The notes: a model not told the origin generated them from the sequence alone. A stretch of DNA of 45,194 nucleotides from an uncultured Candidatus Saccharibacteria bacterium (GCA_964388775.1 CAYMBW010000003.1:1-45194), one strand, 5' to 3'. Shown: positions 15,661 through 24,166, counted from the first letter of the stretch. Numbers and translations: made by a program.

Positions 15661-18600
15661 ATGCCAAAATTAAATCCGGAAAAAAATAACAAGAATAAGA
15701 AGGCCGTTCACGAAAATAGCGAAGAGGTGTCAAATAATATAGGGTATATAAAGCCCAGAGAGGTTAGCGAGGAGATGAAAGAGAGCTACATTGATTATGC
15801 GATGTCGGTAATTGTTTCCCGCGCGCTGCCTGATGTAAGAGATGGATTGAAGCCGGTCCACCGGAGAATCCTTTATGCGATGGGAGAGGAGGGTCTTTAT
15901 TATAACGCAAGGTTTAGAAAGTCAGCCACGGTGGTTGGCGCAGTGCTTGGGCGATACCATCCCCACAGCGATACTGCGGTTTATGATTCTTTGGTAAGGA
16001 TGGCGCAGGATTTCTCTTTAAGATATATGCTGGTAAAAGGTCAAGGCAATTTTGGATGTTTCACGGGAGATACCGAAATCAAATTATGTGACGGACGAAA
16101 TTTAAACTTTGAGGATTTGGTTAAAGAACAAAAGAACGGCAAAAGGCATTGGGGATTTGCGTTTAATCATGAAAGCGGAGAAATAGAGATAGCAGAAATC
16201 AAAAAAGCCAGATTAACCAGAAAAAAAGAAAAGATTATGGAAGTGGCCCTGGACAACGGAGAAAAGATTAGGTGTACAATAGATCACCGCTTTATGTTGA
16301 GGAATGGCAGCTACAGACAGGCTCAAGATTTAGCAAAGGGAGATTCCTTGATGCCACTCTATATCAAGCATTATGATGGGGCGGAGGATTTGAATGTTAA
16401 AGGATATGAAATGGCGTATCAGCCGACTAAAAACCATTGGGATTTTATTCATAGATTATCAGATGAGTGGAATTTAAAGAATGGAATTTATAAAGTTGGC
16501 GCTGGAAGAATAAGGCACCATAAGGATTTTAATAAATTTAATAATAACCCAGACAATATTTTACGGATACAATGGGAAGATCATTGGAAAAAACATAAAG
16601 AAATTGCCTCTTCTCGTCACAAAAATGATGCGGAATATGTTGCTAAAATTGCAGAGGGAAGAGAGAAATTTTGGAGTAATCCAAAAAATAGAGAGGCCTA
16701 CTCACGACGAATGTCAGAATCAAATAGAAAGATGTGGAAAAATGTGGGTCGCAGAGCAATATGGATAGAAGCAATGATGAAAAAATGGCGGAACCCGGAA
16801 TACAAGGAATTTATGAGGCAAATGTCAAGCGAAAATCTGAAAAGATTATGGGGAAAAAAGGATTTTCAAGAATTAATGAGCAACCTTAAATCGGCAGAGA
16901 TGAAAGAAAGGTGGCAAGACGAAAAATACAGGGCTCAAATGGCAGAGTATACGAGAATGCTTTCTTTGAAACTATGGGCCAATCCAAAACATAGAGAGCA
17001 TATTTCAAAATTGATGAAGGAGAAATTCCAAGACCCAGCGGTTAGAGAAGGATTGAGCTACCGAGCTAAGAAGCTATGGGCTAACCCTGAATATCGTGCT
17101 AAATATCCTCCAGACCATTTCAAGAAAATGCACGATAAATTGTGGAGTAATCCCGAAATACGCAAATTACACAGAGAGAAAGCTATTAAGCAATGGCAGG
17201 CCCAGGACTTCAGGGATAAATTTATACAAGGCGTAATAAGAGCGAATAAGTATAGGATAGCAGAGAATCCGGAGTATATGAATAATTTAGCAGATAAGGC
17301 CCGGATTTCTCTAAAAAATAAATGGAAAGACCCCCTCTATCAAGAAAGAGTTATTAAGAGTAGGATTTTGGGCTATGCGCATTCTCTTTATCAGAAATAC
17401 GGCAAGATTACTCCGGAGATTTACGAAGAGAAGAGGAGTTTCTCTATTCCGAAAATAGAAAACGCTCTGAATTATTTTAATGATTTTTCAGAGATTGCAG
17501 AGAAAGCCCAAATATATAATCATAAAATAGTTAAAACAAAGATTCTTCGTAGGAGGGAAGACGTCTATGATGTGAGTGTTGATTGTTACCATAATTTTGC
17601 TTTGGGAGCTGGTGTTTTTGTCCATAACTCGATTGATGGGGACCCTCCATCTGCAATGAGATATTCGGAGGCGAAATTGTCCAAAATCGGGCAAGAGATG
17701 TTGAGAGACATAAACAAAGGCACGGTTGATTTCATAGACAATTATGATTCTACCAGAAAAGAACCGACGGTCTTGCCGTCTCCCCTTCCCCAACTTCTAT
17801 TAAACGGCTCATTGGGAATTGCAGTCGGTATGGCGACAAGCATCCCTCCTCACAATCTTGTGGAGACATGTGATGCAGCCATATATTTAATTGATAATCC
17901 GGAAGCGACAACCGAGGAATTGTTTCAATTTATAAAAGGTCCTGATTTTCCAACCGGAGGCATTATTTTCAATCAAAAAGAAATAATCTCTGCTTATGCC
18001 CAAGGAAAGGGGCCTGTTTTGATTCGGGGCAAGGCGGAGATTGTCGAGGAGAAAAAAGGGGGGTGGAAGATTATTATTAATGAAATACCTTATCAGGTTA
18101 ATAAGGCCACTTTGGTAGGTCAGATAGCCAAACTGATTCAGGAAAAGAAAATTAAAGGGGTGAGAGACGCCAGAGATGAATCAGATAGAGAAGGCATCAG
18201 AATCGTTATAGAATTGAAGAAAGAAGCGTTTCCTCAGAAGGTTTTGAATTGCTTATACAAAGCCACCGACTTGCAGAAAAAATTCCATCTTAATATGTTA
18301 GCCCTGGTTGATGGAATTCAACCCAAGGTTTTATCTTTGGCGGAAATGCTCGGATATTTCTTAAAACACCGTCAGGAGGTGGTTTTGAGGAGAGCCAAAT
18401 TTGATTTAGCCAAAGCCAAGGCAAGAGAGCATATTCTTTTGGGGTTGGCAAAATGTTTGGCAAATATTGACCAAGTTATTGAAACCATTAAGAAATCCAA
18501 AAACCGGGAAGACGCCAAGAGTAATCTTAAGAAAAAATTCAAACTTACCGACATTCAGGCAGAAGCCATTTTAGAGACCAAACTTTCTGCCTTAGCCCGG

Positions 18601-19737
18601 CTTGAGAGGCAAAAAATAGAAGCAGAGCTTAAGGAGATACAAGCCAAAATTGAAGAATTGTCTGAAGTTATTAAAAGTCCGGCAAAGATAAAGGCAGTTA
18701 TTAAACAAGAACTCAAAGAATTAAAAGAATCCTATCCTGACGCGCGCCGAACCAAGGTGTATAGGAAAAACGCGGAAGAAATATCAGAAGAGGACTTGGT
18801 AGCGGAAGAAGAGGTTTTAATTACTCTTACCAATAAGGGCTATGTCAAAAGAGTGAGCCCTTCTTCCTATAAGATTCAAAAGAGAGGCGGGAAAGGCATT
18901 GCCGGCATTAAGACCCATGATGATGATTTTGTAGAACATTTTTTCTTGGCGAATACGCTTGATAAATTATTGGTTTTTACCGATTCGGGCAAGGTTTTTT
19001 CAATGCCCGCTTATGAAGTGCCTTCCGCGACCAGAATTTCAAAAGGCAGAGCATTGGTCAATTTTCTGGAAATCAGCCCGGAAGATAAAATTTTAGCGGT
19101 TTTGTCTCTTGGGAAGAAGGACGACAGCGAACAGATGAAATATTTAGTGATGGCGACCAAGAATGGTATAATTAAAAGAACCGCGCTTGAAGAGTTCCGC
19201 AATTTGAGGAGTTCCGGTTTGATAGCGATTCGGCTTAAGAAGGGCGATTCTTTGAGGTCTGTTAAAAAGACAAGCGGTAAAAGCGAAATAATTTTAGTAA
19301 GCAAGCAGGCCCAGTCAATCAGATTCAAAGAAGAACAGATAAGGCCGATGCAGAGAAGCGCTGCCGGCAACAAGGGAATGCATCTCAAGAAAGATGATGA
19401 GGTAATCGGAATGGAGGCGGTTGAGCAAGACCAAGACAAGGATTATATTTTAATAGTGACTAGCAAAGGATACGGGAAGAGAAGTAGAATCTCCACTTAT
19501 CGCCAGCAAAGCAGAGGAGGGACCGGGATTATGACAGCCAAATTGACCGCCAAGACAGGGGATTTGGTTAAGGCGGAAATCGTTAAAGGAGATGAAGAGT
19601 TAATATTCATATCAAGAAAAGGTCAGGTTATAAGGACTACGGCCAAAGGGATATCCGTGCTCGGCAGAGCGACTCAAGGAGTTAGGATAATGCGCTTAGA
19701 CGAGGGCGACAAAGTCATTTCATTAATAAAATTGTAG
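15661..19737 (+). CDS. gyrA: DNA gyrase subunit A, interrupted by a 524-aa intein
   Basis: Exteins carry the GyrA signatures [27 protein letters not shown] / [17 protein letters not shown], and C-terminal beta-pinwheel repeats. Exteins total 834 aa. Confidence 0.95.
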   Translation: MPKLNPEKNNKNKKAVHENSEEVSNNIGYIKPREVSEEMKESYIDYAMSVIVSRALPDVRDGLKPVHRRILYAMGEEGLYYNARFRKSATVVGAVLGRYHPHSDTAVYDSLVRMAQDFSLRYMLVKGQGNFGCFTGDTEIKLCDGRNLNFEDLVKEQKNGKRHWGFAFNHESGEIEIAEIKKARLTRKKEKIMEVALDNGEKIRCTIDHRFMLRNGSYRQAQDLAKGDSLMPLYIKHYDGAEDLNVKGYEMAYQPTKNHWDFIHRLSDEWNLKNGIYKVGAGRIRHHKDFNKFNNNPDNILRIQWEDHWKKHKEIASSRHKNDAEYVAKIAEGREKFWSNPKNREAYSRRMSESNRKMWKNVGRRAIWIEAMMKKWRNPEYKEFMRQMSSENLKRLWGKKDFQELMSNLKSAEMKERWQDEKYRAQMAEYTRMLSLKLWANPKHREHISKLMKEKFQDPAVREGLSYRAKKLWANPEYRAKYPPDHFKKMHDKLWSNPEIRKLHREKAIKQWQAQDFRDKFIQGVIRANKYRIAENPEYMNNLADKARISLKNKWKDPLYQERVIKSRILGYAHSLYQKYGKITPEIYEEKRSFSIPKIENALNYFNDFSEIAEKAQIYNHKIVKTKILRRREDVYDVSVDCYHNFALGAGVFVHNSIDGDPPSAMRYSEAKLSKIGQEMLRDINKGTVDFIDNYDSTRKEPTVLPSPLPQLLLNGSLGIAVGMATSIPPHNLVETCDAAIYLIDNPEATTEELFQFIKGPDFPTGGIIFNQKEIISAYAQGKGPVLIRGKAEIVEEKKGGWKIIINEIPYQVNKATLVGQIAKLIQEKKIKGVRDARDESDREGIRIVIELKKEAFPQKVLNCLYKATDLQKKFHLNMLALVDGIQPKVLSLAEMLGYFLKHRQEVVLRRAKFDLAKAKAREHILLGLAKCLANIDQVIETIKKSKNREDAKSNLKKKFKLTDIQAEAILETKLSALARLERQKIEAELKEIQAKIEELSEVIKSPAKIKAVIKQELKELKESYPDARRTKVYRKNAEEISEEDLVAEEEVLITLTNKGYVKRVSPSSYKIQKRGGKGIAGIKTHDDDFVEHFFLANTLDKLLVFTDSGKVFSMPAYEVPSATRISKGRALVNFLEISPEDKILAVLSLGKKDDSEQMKYLVMATKNGIIKRTALEEFRNLRSSGLIAIRLKKGDSLRSVKKTSGKSEIILVSKQAQSIRFKEEQIRPMQRSAAGNKGMHLKKDDEVIGMEAVEQDQDKDYILIVTSKGYGKRSRISTYRQQSRGGTGIMTAKLTAKTGDLVKAEIVKGDEELIFISRKGQVIRTTAKGISVLGRATQGVRIMRLDEGDKVISLIKL
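16057..17628 (+). mobile_element. Intein (Hint splicing domain plus HNH-type endonuclease plus tandem W-x-NPEYR repeat array)
   Basis: Starts [10 protein letters not shown] (block A). Has the TxxH block CTIDHRF. Ends [22 protein letters not shown], followed by +1 Ser. HNH-like segment [27 protein letters not shown] at about 16504-16600. Confidence 0.9.
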
Positions 19738-19744
19738 TTTTATT

Positions 19745-20269
19745 ATGGTTGATTTTTTGGAGCCGGAAAAAATAATAGAGCAGATTCCTTTAAGTCAGGA
19801 TTGGCAGACAGCGGAGTTTGGCTGTGGTCCGGGCGGTTTTGCCATTGCTTTGGCAAGGCGGGTGCCGAAAGGAATGGTTTATGCCTTGGATATCCAGGAA
19901 GAACCGCTTTCCGCTTTAAAAGGAAGAGCCAAGGGAGAGGGCTTGCCCAATATCAAAACAATACAAGGCGATTTAGAGGAGCCCAAGGGCTCTACCCTCA
20001 AAGACGAGTCAATGGATTTGGTGCTGATTGCGAATACCTTATTCCAAATAGAGGACAAGGAAGCGTTTTTAAAAGAAGCCAAGCGGGCGCTTAAGCGGAA
20101 AGGAAACTTAGTGATAATTGATTGGAACCCGGATTCTCCTTTTGGGCCCGAAGAAAAAAGGATTTCTTTTGAAGAAGCGCATAAAATAGTCAAGTTTATG
20201 GACATTAAGCTGGTAAAAGAATTAGAGGCCGGCACTTATCATTGGGGAGCAATTTTCGTGAAGCTGTAA
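19745..20269 (+). CDS. Class I SAM-dependent methyltransferase
   Basis: Motif I EFGCGPGGFAIALA, an acidic residue after beta-2 (YALDIQ), and a small size of 174 aa. Confidence 0.7.
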   Translation: MVDFLEPEKIIEQIPLSQDWQTAEFGCGPGGFAIALARRVPKGMVYALDIQEEPLSALKGRAKGEGLPNIKTIQGDLEEPKGSTLKDESMDLVLIANTLFQIEDKEAFLKEAKRALKRKGNLVIIDWNPDSPFGPEEKRISFEEAHKIVKFMDIKLVKELEAGTYHWGAIFVKL

Positions 20270-20283
20270 ATTTTTTTAGCGAA

Positions 20284-21264
20284 ATGAAAAAAAAGATTAT
20301 TTTTTTAAGCTTGATTCTGCTGGGAGTGTTTTTTGTCCAGAATATAATCTATGCTGCTTCGGCCAGTAATGGCCTTTATAGTATTAGCTTAATTTCTTCT
20401 AACAATAATCCGATTGTGGGGCAAGCAATTGATTTAACAGCCCAGGTGATAGAAGGAGGAGGCGCTTGGTGCACACTTACTTTTGGGGATAGCACAGCAA
20501 CAGGAATTTTACAATGTCAGCAAACCGAATGCCATGCTGACCCTAATTGCACTTGGTCTATTCCTACTCTCCCTGGCGACCCTGGGAGTTGTTCTTATTT
20601 TTTTAGCCATACATATAATACAAGCGGACCCAAAACAGCCCTTTTCCATTGTGAAATACCTACTTGGCCTCTTGATGTGACCTTAGGCCTGGATGTTAGT
20701 AATGCGCCCCCGGTTTGCGCGCCTGACGGGTGTAATGGTATTTGTCCGGCAAATTGCGATGTGAACCAGGACCCTGATTGCGGATGTTTGGGGGGCAATG
20801 CCTGTTGTCCTCTTGGTTGTGATAACGGTTCTGACAGCGATTGTCCGCCTTCCCCGGCCTGCAATGATTTTGTTTGTAATCAAATATGCGGGGACAATTG
20901 CGATGTGAGCCAGGACCCTGATTGTGGATGTTTGGGAGGAAATGGGTGTTGTCCTCATGGTTGCGCCAACGCTTCTGACAGCGATTGTCCGCTCGTATCT
21001 GTTGACAGCTATGATAATCCCATAGTGGCTAATAATATAGTAGAGTTTATCCAGCAAGCAGTAATCCTTCTTTTTACCATTACTTTTCCCCTTGTTATTC
21101 TGCTGATTATAATCGGCGGATATGTAATGGTAACTTCGGGCGGGATTCCTTCCAGATTTGATAAGGGGAAGAAGATAGTTATTTGGGCTTTAGTTGGATT
21201 TGCTATAGCCGCCGCTTCTCGGGGAATTATCGCTTTGGTTGAGATGATTATAGGAAGACAATAA
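20284..21264 (+). CDS. Secreted PKD-like plus tandem Cys-rich repeat protein with C-terminal TrbC/VirB2-like membrane hairpin (paralogue 1)
   Basis: Signal peptide MKKKIIFLSLILLGVFF. Degenerate PKD signature FGD...FSHTYNTSGP. Two 48-aa Cys-rich repeats. C-terminus NPIV...IIGGYVMVTSGGIPSRFDKGKKIVIWALVGFAIAAASRGIIAL. ATG at 20284 is preferred over 20242. Confidence 0.7.
   Translation: MKKKIIFLSLILLGVFFVQNIIYAASASNGLYSISLISSNNNPIVGQAIDLTAQVIEGGGAWCTLTFGDSTATGILQCQQTECHADPNCTWSIPTLPGDPGSCSYFFSHTYNTSGPKTALFHCEIPTWPLDVTLGLDVSNAPPVCAPDGCNGICPANCDVNQDPDCGCLGGNACCPLGCDNGSDSDCPPSPACNDFVCNQICGDNCDVSQDPDCGCLGGNGCCPHGCANASDSDCPLVSVDSYDNPIVANNIVEFIQQAVILLFTITFPLVILLIIIGGYVMVTSGGIPSRFDKGKKIVIWALVGFAIAAASRGIIALVEMIIGRQ
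20713..21000 (+). repeat. Tandem 144-nt (48-aa) intragenic duplication
   Basis: TGCGATGTGAACCAGGACCCTGATTGCGGATGTTTGGGGGG at 20755 versus TGCGATGTGAGCCAGGACCCTGATTGTGGATGTTTGGGAGG at 20899. The offset is exactly 144 nt. Confidence 0.9.
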
Positions 21265-21271
21265 AAATAAT

Positions 21272-22051
21272 ATGAGAATTAAAAAAAATTCAATAAAATT
21301 ATTTTCCACAATGATTCTCTTCTTTTTTATTTTTGCGCCTTTTATTGCATTCGCTATCAATATAAACGATATGTATGTGGAGGTTTCAGTGGACCCGGTA
21401 TTTTTAGGAAGTTCAAGCCAAATTGAAATCAAGGTCAATCAAAATCCTCCCACTGCAACTCATTGGGATATATCTGTGGATTTTGGTGACGGGCAGCCGG
21501 CGCATAGTGGTGCATGCATAGTCGACTGGAATCTGTTACATTGCAGCGTAAGTTTTTCACATCAATATGGTAGTCCTGGAAGTTATACTGTTGTTGCAAC
21601 GGTTTGTGACGGTTCGGATGCTACACAGTGCAAAACCGGTTCTAAAAATGCTGTTGTGAATTCTCCTCCTGTCTGTGGAAATGGAACACTGGAGCCACCT
21701 AACGAACAATGTGATGACGGTAATACTGTTTCCGGAGACGGATGCAGCGGGAATTGCCGGATAGAGGGACCACCGCAACCGCCCACTACCAACAATGATT
21801 TGAATCCCCTTAATGCCGCTACTTTTGGAGAACTATTCAGGGATATTGCGAATATGATTTTTTGGGTGGCAATAGTTTTAGGGCCCTTGTTGATAATTGT
21901 CGGCGGATTTATGATAATTTTCGCCGGTTTGGAAACGGGCAAGATTATTTTGGGAAAGAAAATTATTCTATACACTGCCGTAATTCTTGGTATAATATTA
22001 ATAATAAAGGCAATGACTTCTTTCTTCGCGCCTGATATAACTTTTCAATAA
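21272..22051 (+). CDS. Secreted PKD-like plus CGNG..CDDGN..GDGC Cys-rich repeat protein with C-terminal TrbC/VirB2-like hairpin (paralogue 2)
   Basis: Signal peptide. PKD signature WDISVDFGDG...FSHQYGSPGSYTVVATV. Repeat CGNGTLEPPNEQCDDGNTVSGDGCSGNC. C-terminus NPLNAATF...IIVGGFMIIFAG...GKKIILYTAVILG. Confidence 0.7.
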   Translation: MRIKKNSIKLFSTMILFFFIFAPFIAFAININDMYVEVSVDPVFLGSSSQIEIKVNQNPPTATHWDISVDFGDGQPAHSGACIVDWNLLHCSVSFSHQYGSPGSYTVVATVCDGSDATQCKTGSKNAVVNSPPVCGNGTLEPPNEQCDDGNTVSGDGCSGNCRIEGPPQPPTTNNDLNPLNAATFGELFRDIANMIFWVAIVLGPLLIIVGGFMIIFAGLETGKIILGKKIILYTAVILGIILIIKAMTSFFAPDITFQ

Positions 22052-22056
22052 AAATT

Positions 22057-22644
22057 ATGAAAAAAGCAACCTTAATTTTTTCTTTAGTTCTGACAATCCT
22101 TTTTCTGTTTGTGATTGCGAGCCAAACCCAGGCGCAAATCACTATTAGCAATCCTTTGACGCCGGGGAATATAAGCTTTGATGAAATGCTTACCAGGGTC
22201 TTGAGCTGGATTTTTGGTTTCGCTTTGGCAATTGGCGTTTTAATGATTATAATCGGCGGTTATATGATGGTCGTTTCCGCCGGAGACCCCCAGAAATTTT
22301 CCACCGGCAGAAAAGTGGTTGTTTACGCTTTGTCAGGCATTGCCATTGTGGCAATATCAAGAGGGATAATCGCTTTGACAGAACAAATATTTCCCCAAGG
22401 AGTGGAAGCAGGCACGGCTTTGTCTAATATAATCAATTATGCTTTCGGAGCTTTATTGGCAGTAGCTGTCCTGATGTTTATTGTGGCTGCTTATCTTTTG
22501 GCAACAGCAGGCGGAAATCCGGAACAAATGAAACAAGCCAGGAGCTGGCTGATATATGCTGCCATAGGTTTAGCTGTGGCAGTAATTAGCAGGGGCTTGG
22601 TTGCTTTGGTTGGCGTAATCATCGGCGCCGACACAACCATTTAA
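22057..22644 (+). CDS. Secreted protein with two tandem TrbC/VirB2-like hairpin domains (paralogue 3)
   Basis: Signal peptide ending QTQAQ. First hairpin: NPLTPG...IIGGYMMVVSAGDPQKFSTGRKVVVYALSGIAIVAISRGIIAL. Second hairpin: INYAFG...AAYLLATAGGNPEQMKQARSWLIYAAIGLAVAVISRGLVAL. Confidence 0.7.
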   Translation: MKKATLIFSLVLTILFLFVIASQTQAQITISNPLTPGNISFDEMLTRVLSWIFGFALAIGVLMIIIGGYMMVVSAGDPQKFSTGRKVVVYALSGIAIVAISRGIIALTEQIFPQGVEAGTALSNIINYAFGALLAVAVLMFIVAAYLLATAGGNPEQMKQARSWLIYAAIGLAVAVISRGLVALVGVIIGADTTI

Positions 22645-22675
22645 TTAACATTTAGTTAAAATAAAGTAGGTTTTT

Positions 22676-23434
22676 ATGAGAAAACACCATTTTACTATTA
22701 TTTTATTAATAATCCTATTTTCCACTCCAAACTTGGCGTATGCCATAACTTATTCTATCGCCAATGTTTTTATTTCTGAAATTAGTCCTACAAATTTATC
22801 AATAGGACAAACCGTAAATGGGCAGCTTGTTATTGAAGTGACTTGTTTAAATGACCAGTATTCAGGTACTCCGAGTATAGATTTCGGAGATGGTTCGGTT
22901 GAAGAGCAATCGGGTGGTTCTTGCCTTTGTGTATCCGTAAGTTCCAGTTCCGGCTCTGGGCCTCTTGGGTTAGGAGATGCTGAGGTCAAAAAAGTGAGGT
23001 GCAGTTATCCTTTTAGCCATGCCTATAATAATGCCGGAACATTTACAGTAATTCCAAAAACTACTAGCTCAACTATTGGCGGAAGTGTAACAACCGGAAG
23101 TTCTTCTACGGGACAAAGAGAAACCGTGACTGTCGCCGAAAGAGCAACACCGGCTCCGATTCCGGGGGGGAGTATTAATCCCTTAGTGGCAACCACCACA
23201 GTGGGACTTATAAAAGATATCACGGACAGGATTTTCATATATTTAAGCGCATTAGCGGTTTTGTTTGTGATGATAGGCGGATTTAATATCCTTACCGCCG
23301 CCGGAAGCCCGACACAGGTTACCAAGGGAAGAAAAATTATTGTCTTTACTATTATCGGCTATGCGTTGATTTTACTGGCAAGGGGGATTGCTTTGCTTAT
23401 CGTGAGAATCTTGGGTATTAATGTTGTGTTTTAG
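22676..23434 (+). CDS. Secreted PKD-like protein with Ser/Thr/Gly-rich linker and C-terminal TrbC/VirB2-like hairpin (paralogue 4)
   Basis: Signal peptide ending NLAYA. PKD signature IDFGDG...FSHAYNNAGTFTV. C-terminus NPLVATTT...MIGGFNILTAAGSPTQVTKGRKIIVFTIIGYALILLARGIALL. Confidence 0.7.
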   Translation: MRKHHFTIILLIILFSTPNLAYAITYSIANVFISEISPTNLSIGQTVNGQLVIEVTCLNDQYSGTPSIDFGDGSVEEQSGGSCLCVSVSSSSGSGPLGLGDAEVKKVRCSYPFSHAYNNAGTFTVIPKTTSSTIGGSVTTGSSSTGQRETVTVAERATPAPIPGGSINPLVATTTVGLIKDITDRIFIYLSALAVLFVMIGGFNILTAAGSPTQVTKGRKIIVFTIIGYALILLARGIALLIVRILGINVVF

Positions 23435-23547
23435 AGACCTGTGGACAAATCGCTTGCTTTTTTTTACTTGTGGACTAAAATAGGATAATGAAACAAAACT
23501 TTAAAGGTCGGTTAATTAAGAAAAAATAATAAACAAATTAAAAAACA

Positions 23548-23907
23548 ATGAATAAGAAAATATTGGGAATAATGAGCTTAGTCACTGTTGTGGGAATGTT
23601 TGCAATGCCGGTTTTGGCGCAGACCGTTGCTGTCACCCCAACGTCGCCGCCATCATACACGGCTACCCAAGCGCTTGGCATAATAGGTACGCTCATTAAT
23701 TATGCTTTTGGATTTCTTTTGGCAATAGCGGTTCTGATGCTTATCTTCGCTGCTTATATGTATGTTACCGCCGGGGGGAACCCTGAAACAGTTGGCAAAG
23801 CAAACAAAATGTTGATGTATGCTTTAATCGGCATAGCAATTGCGGTTATTGTTAGAGGATTAATCGCATTAGTTGGCGCATTGCTCGGTCAAACTATCAG
23901 CGTATAA
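23548..23907 (+). CDS. Minimal TrbC/VirB2-like pilin-type protein (signal peptide plus hairpin only; paralogue 5)
   Basis: Signal peptide ending PVLAQ, then INYAFGFLLAIAVLMLIFAAYMYVTAGGNPETVGKANKMLMYALIGIAIAVIVRGLIAL. It has its own upstream gap and a strong terminator. Confidence 0.7.
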   Translation: MNKKILGIMSLVTVVGMFAMPVLAQTVAVTPTSPPSYTATQALGIIGTLINYAFGFLLAIAVLMLIFAAYMYVTAGGNPETVGKANKMLMYALIGIAIAVIVRGLIALVGALLGQTISV

Positions 23908-23937
23908 GTGTTTATCGGTTATATAGATTATCTATTA

Positions 23938-23978
23938 AACAACTCCCACCATGCTCTTGAAGGCGGGAGTTGTTTTTG
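23938..23978 (+). terminator. Rho-independent terminator
   Basis: AACAACTCCCACC pairs with GGCGGGAGTTGTT (13 bp, one A-C mismatch) around an 11-nt loop, followed by TTTT. Confidence 0.75.
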
Positions 23979-23993
23979 TTAGTATTGGAGTAT

Positions 23994-24166
23994 GCCCCTG
24001 TGGCGGAATTGGCGACTTGCCCTCCACCAATGTGCTGGGATGGCGAAATTGGCAAACGCACTGGGTTTAGGACCCAGCGGGGAGACCCTTGAGAGTTCGA
24101 ATCTCTCTCCCAGCACATTGGTGGGGGGTCTCGTAAGAGGTGCAGGTTCAACTCCTGCCGGGGGCA
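23994..24166 (+). ncRNA. Composite nested tRNA: outer type-II tRNA-like scaffold whose anticodon loop is replaced by a whole tRNA-Leu
   Basis: Outer acceptor GCCCCTG (23994-24000) pairs with CGGGGGC (24159-24165), then discriminator A. D-arm with GG loop. 13-bp helix 24021-24033 with 24115-24127. Variable hairpin TCTC-GTAA-GAGG. T-arm GCAGG-TTCAACT-CCTGC. Confidence 0.6.
24034..24115 (+). tRNA. tRNA-Leu(TAG), nested inside the outer tRNA-like scaffold
   Basis: GCTGGGA TG GCG AAATTGGCAAA CGC A CTGGG TTTAGGA CCCAG CGGGGAGACCCTT GAGAG TTCGAAT CTCTC TCCCAGC A. Confidence 0.9.

Noticed and set aside
20595-21057. Antisense ORFs of 89 and 124 aa within paralogue 1
   Set aside because: They are created by the stop-poor GC-rich Cys-repeat duplication. 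The sense frame has a signal peptide, repeats and a conserved C-terminal module.
23447-23486. Promoter or operator upstream of paralogue 5 (direct repeat TGTGGACAAA / TGTGGACTAAA; TTGCTT-N16-TAAAAT)
   Set aside because: The hexamers are weak and several registers are possible. It is noted only as context for the idea that paralogue 5 is separately transcribed.
20284-23907. Calling the five-gene cluster a conjugative type IV secretion system
   Set aside because: No VirB4, VirD4, VirB6 or relaxase genes are in the window. Only the pilin-like topology is shared, so the call is limited to TrbC/VirB2-like hairpin proteins.
23994-24166. tmRNA or group I intron-containing tRNA as an explanation for the outer tRNA-like ends
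   Set aside because: The 173-nt length is far too short for tmRNA, and there is no tag-peptide reading frame or pseudoknot region. The inserted sequence is itself a complete cloverleaf of about 82 nt, with no group I core elements.
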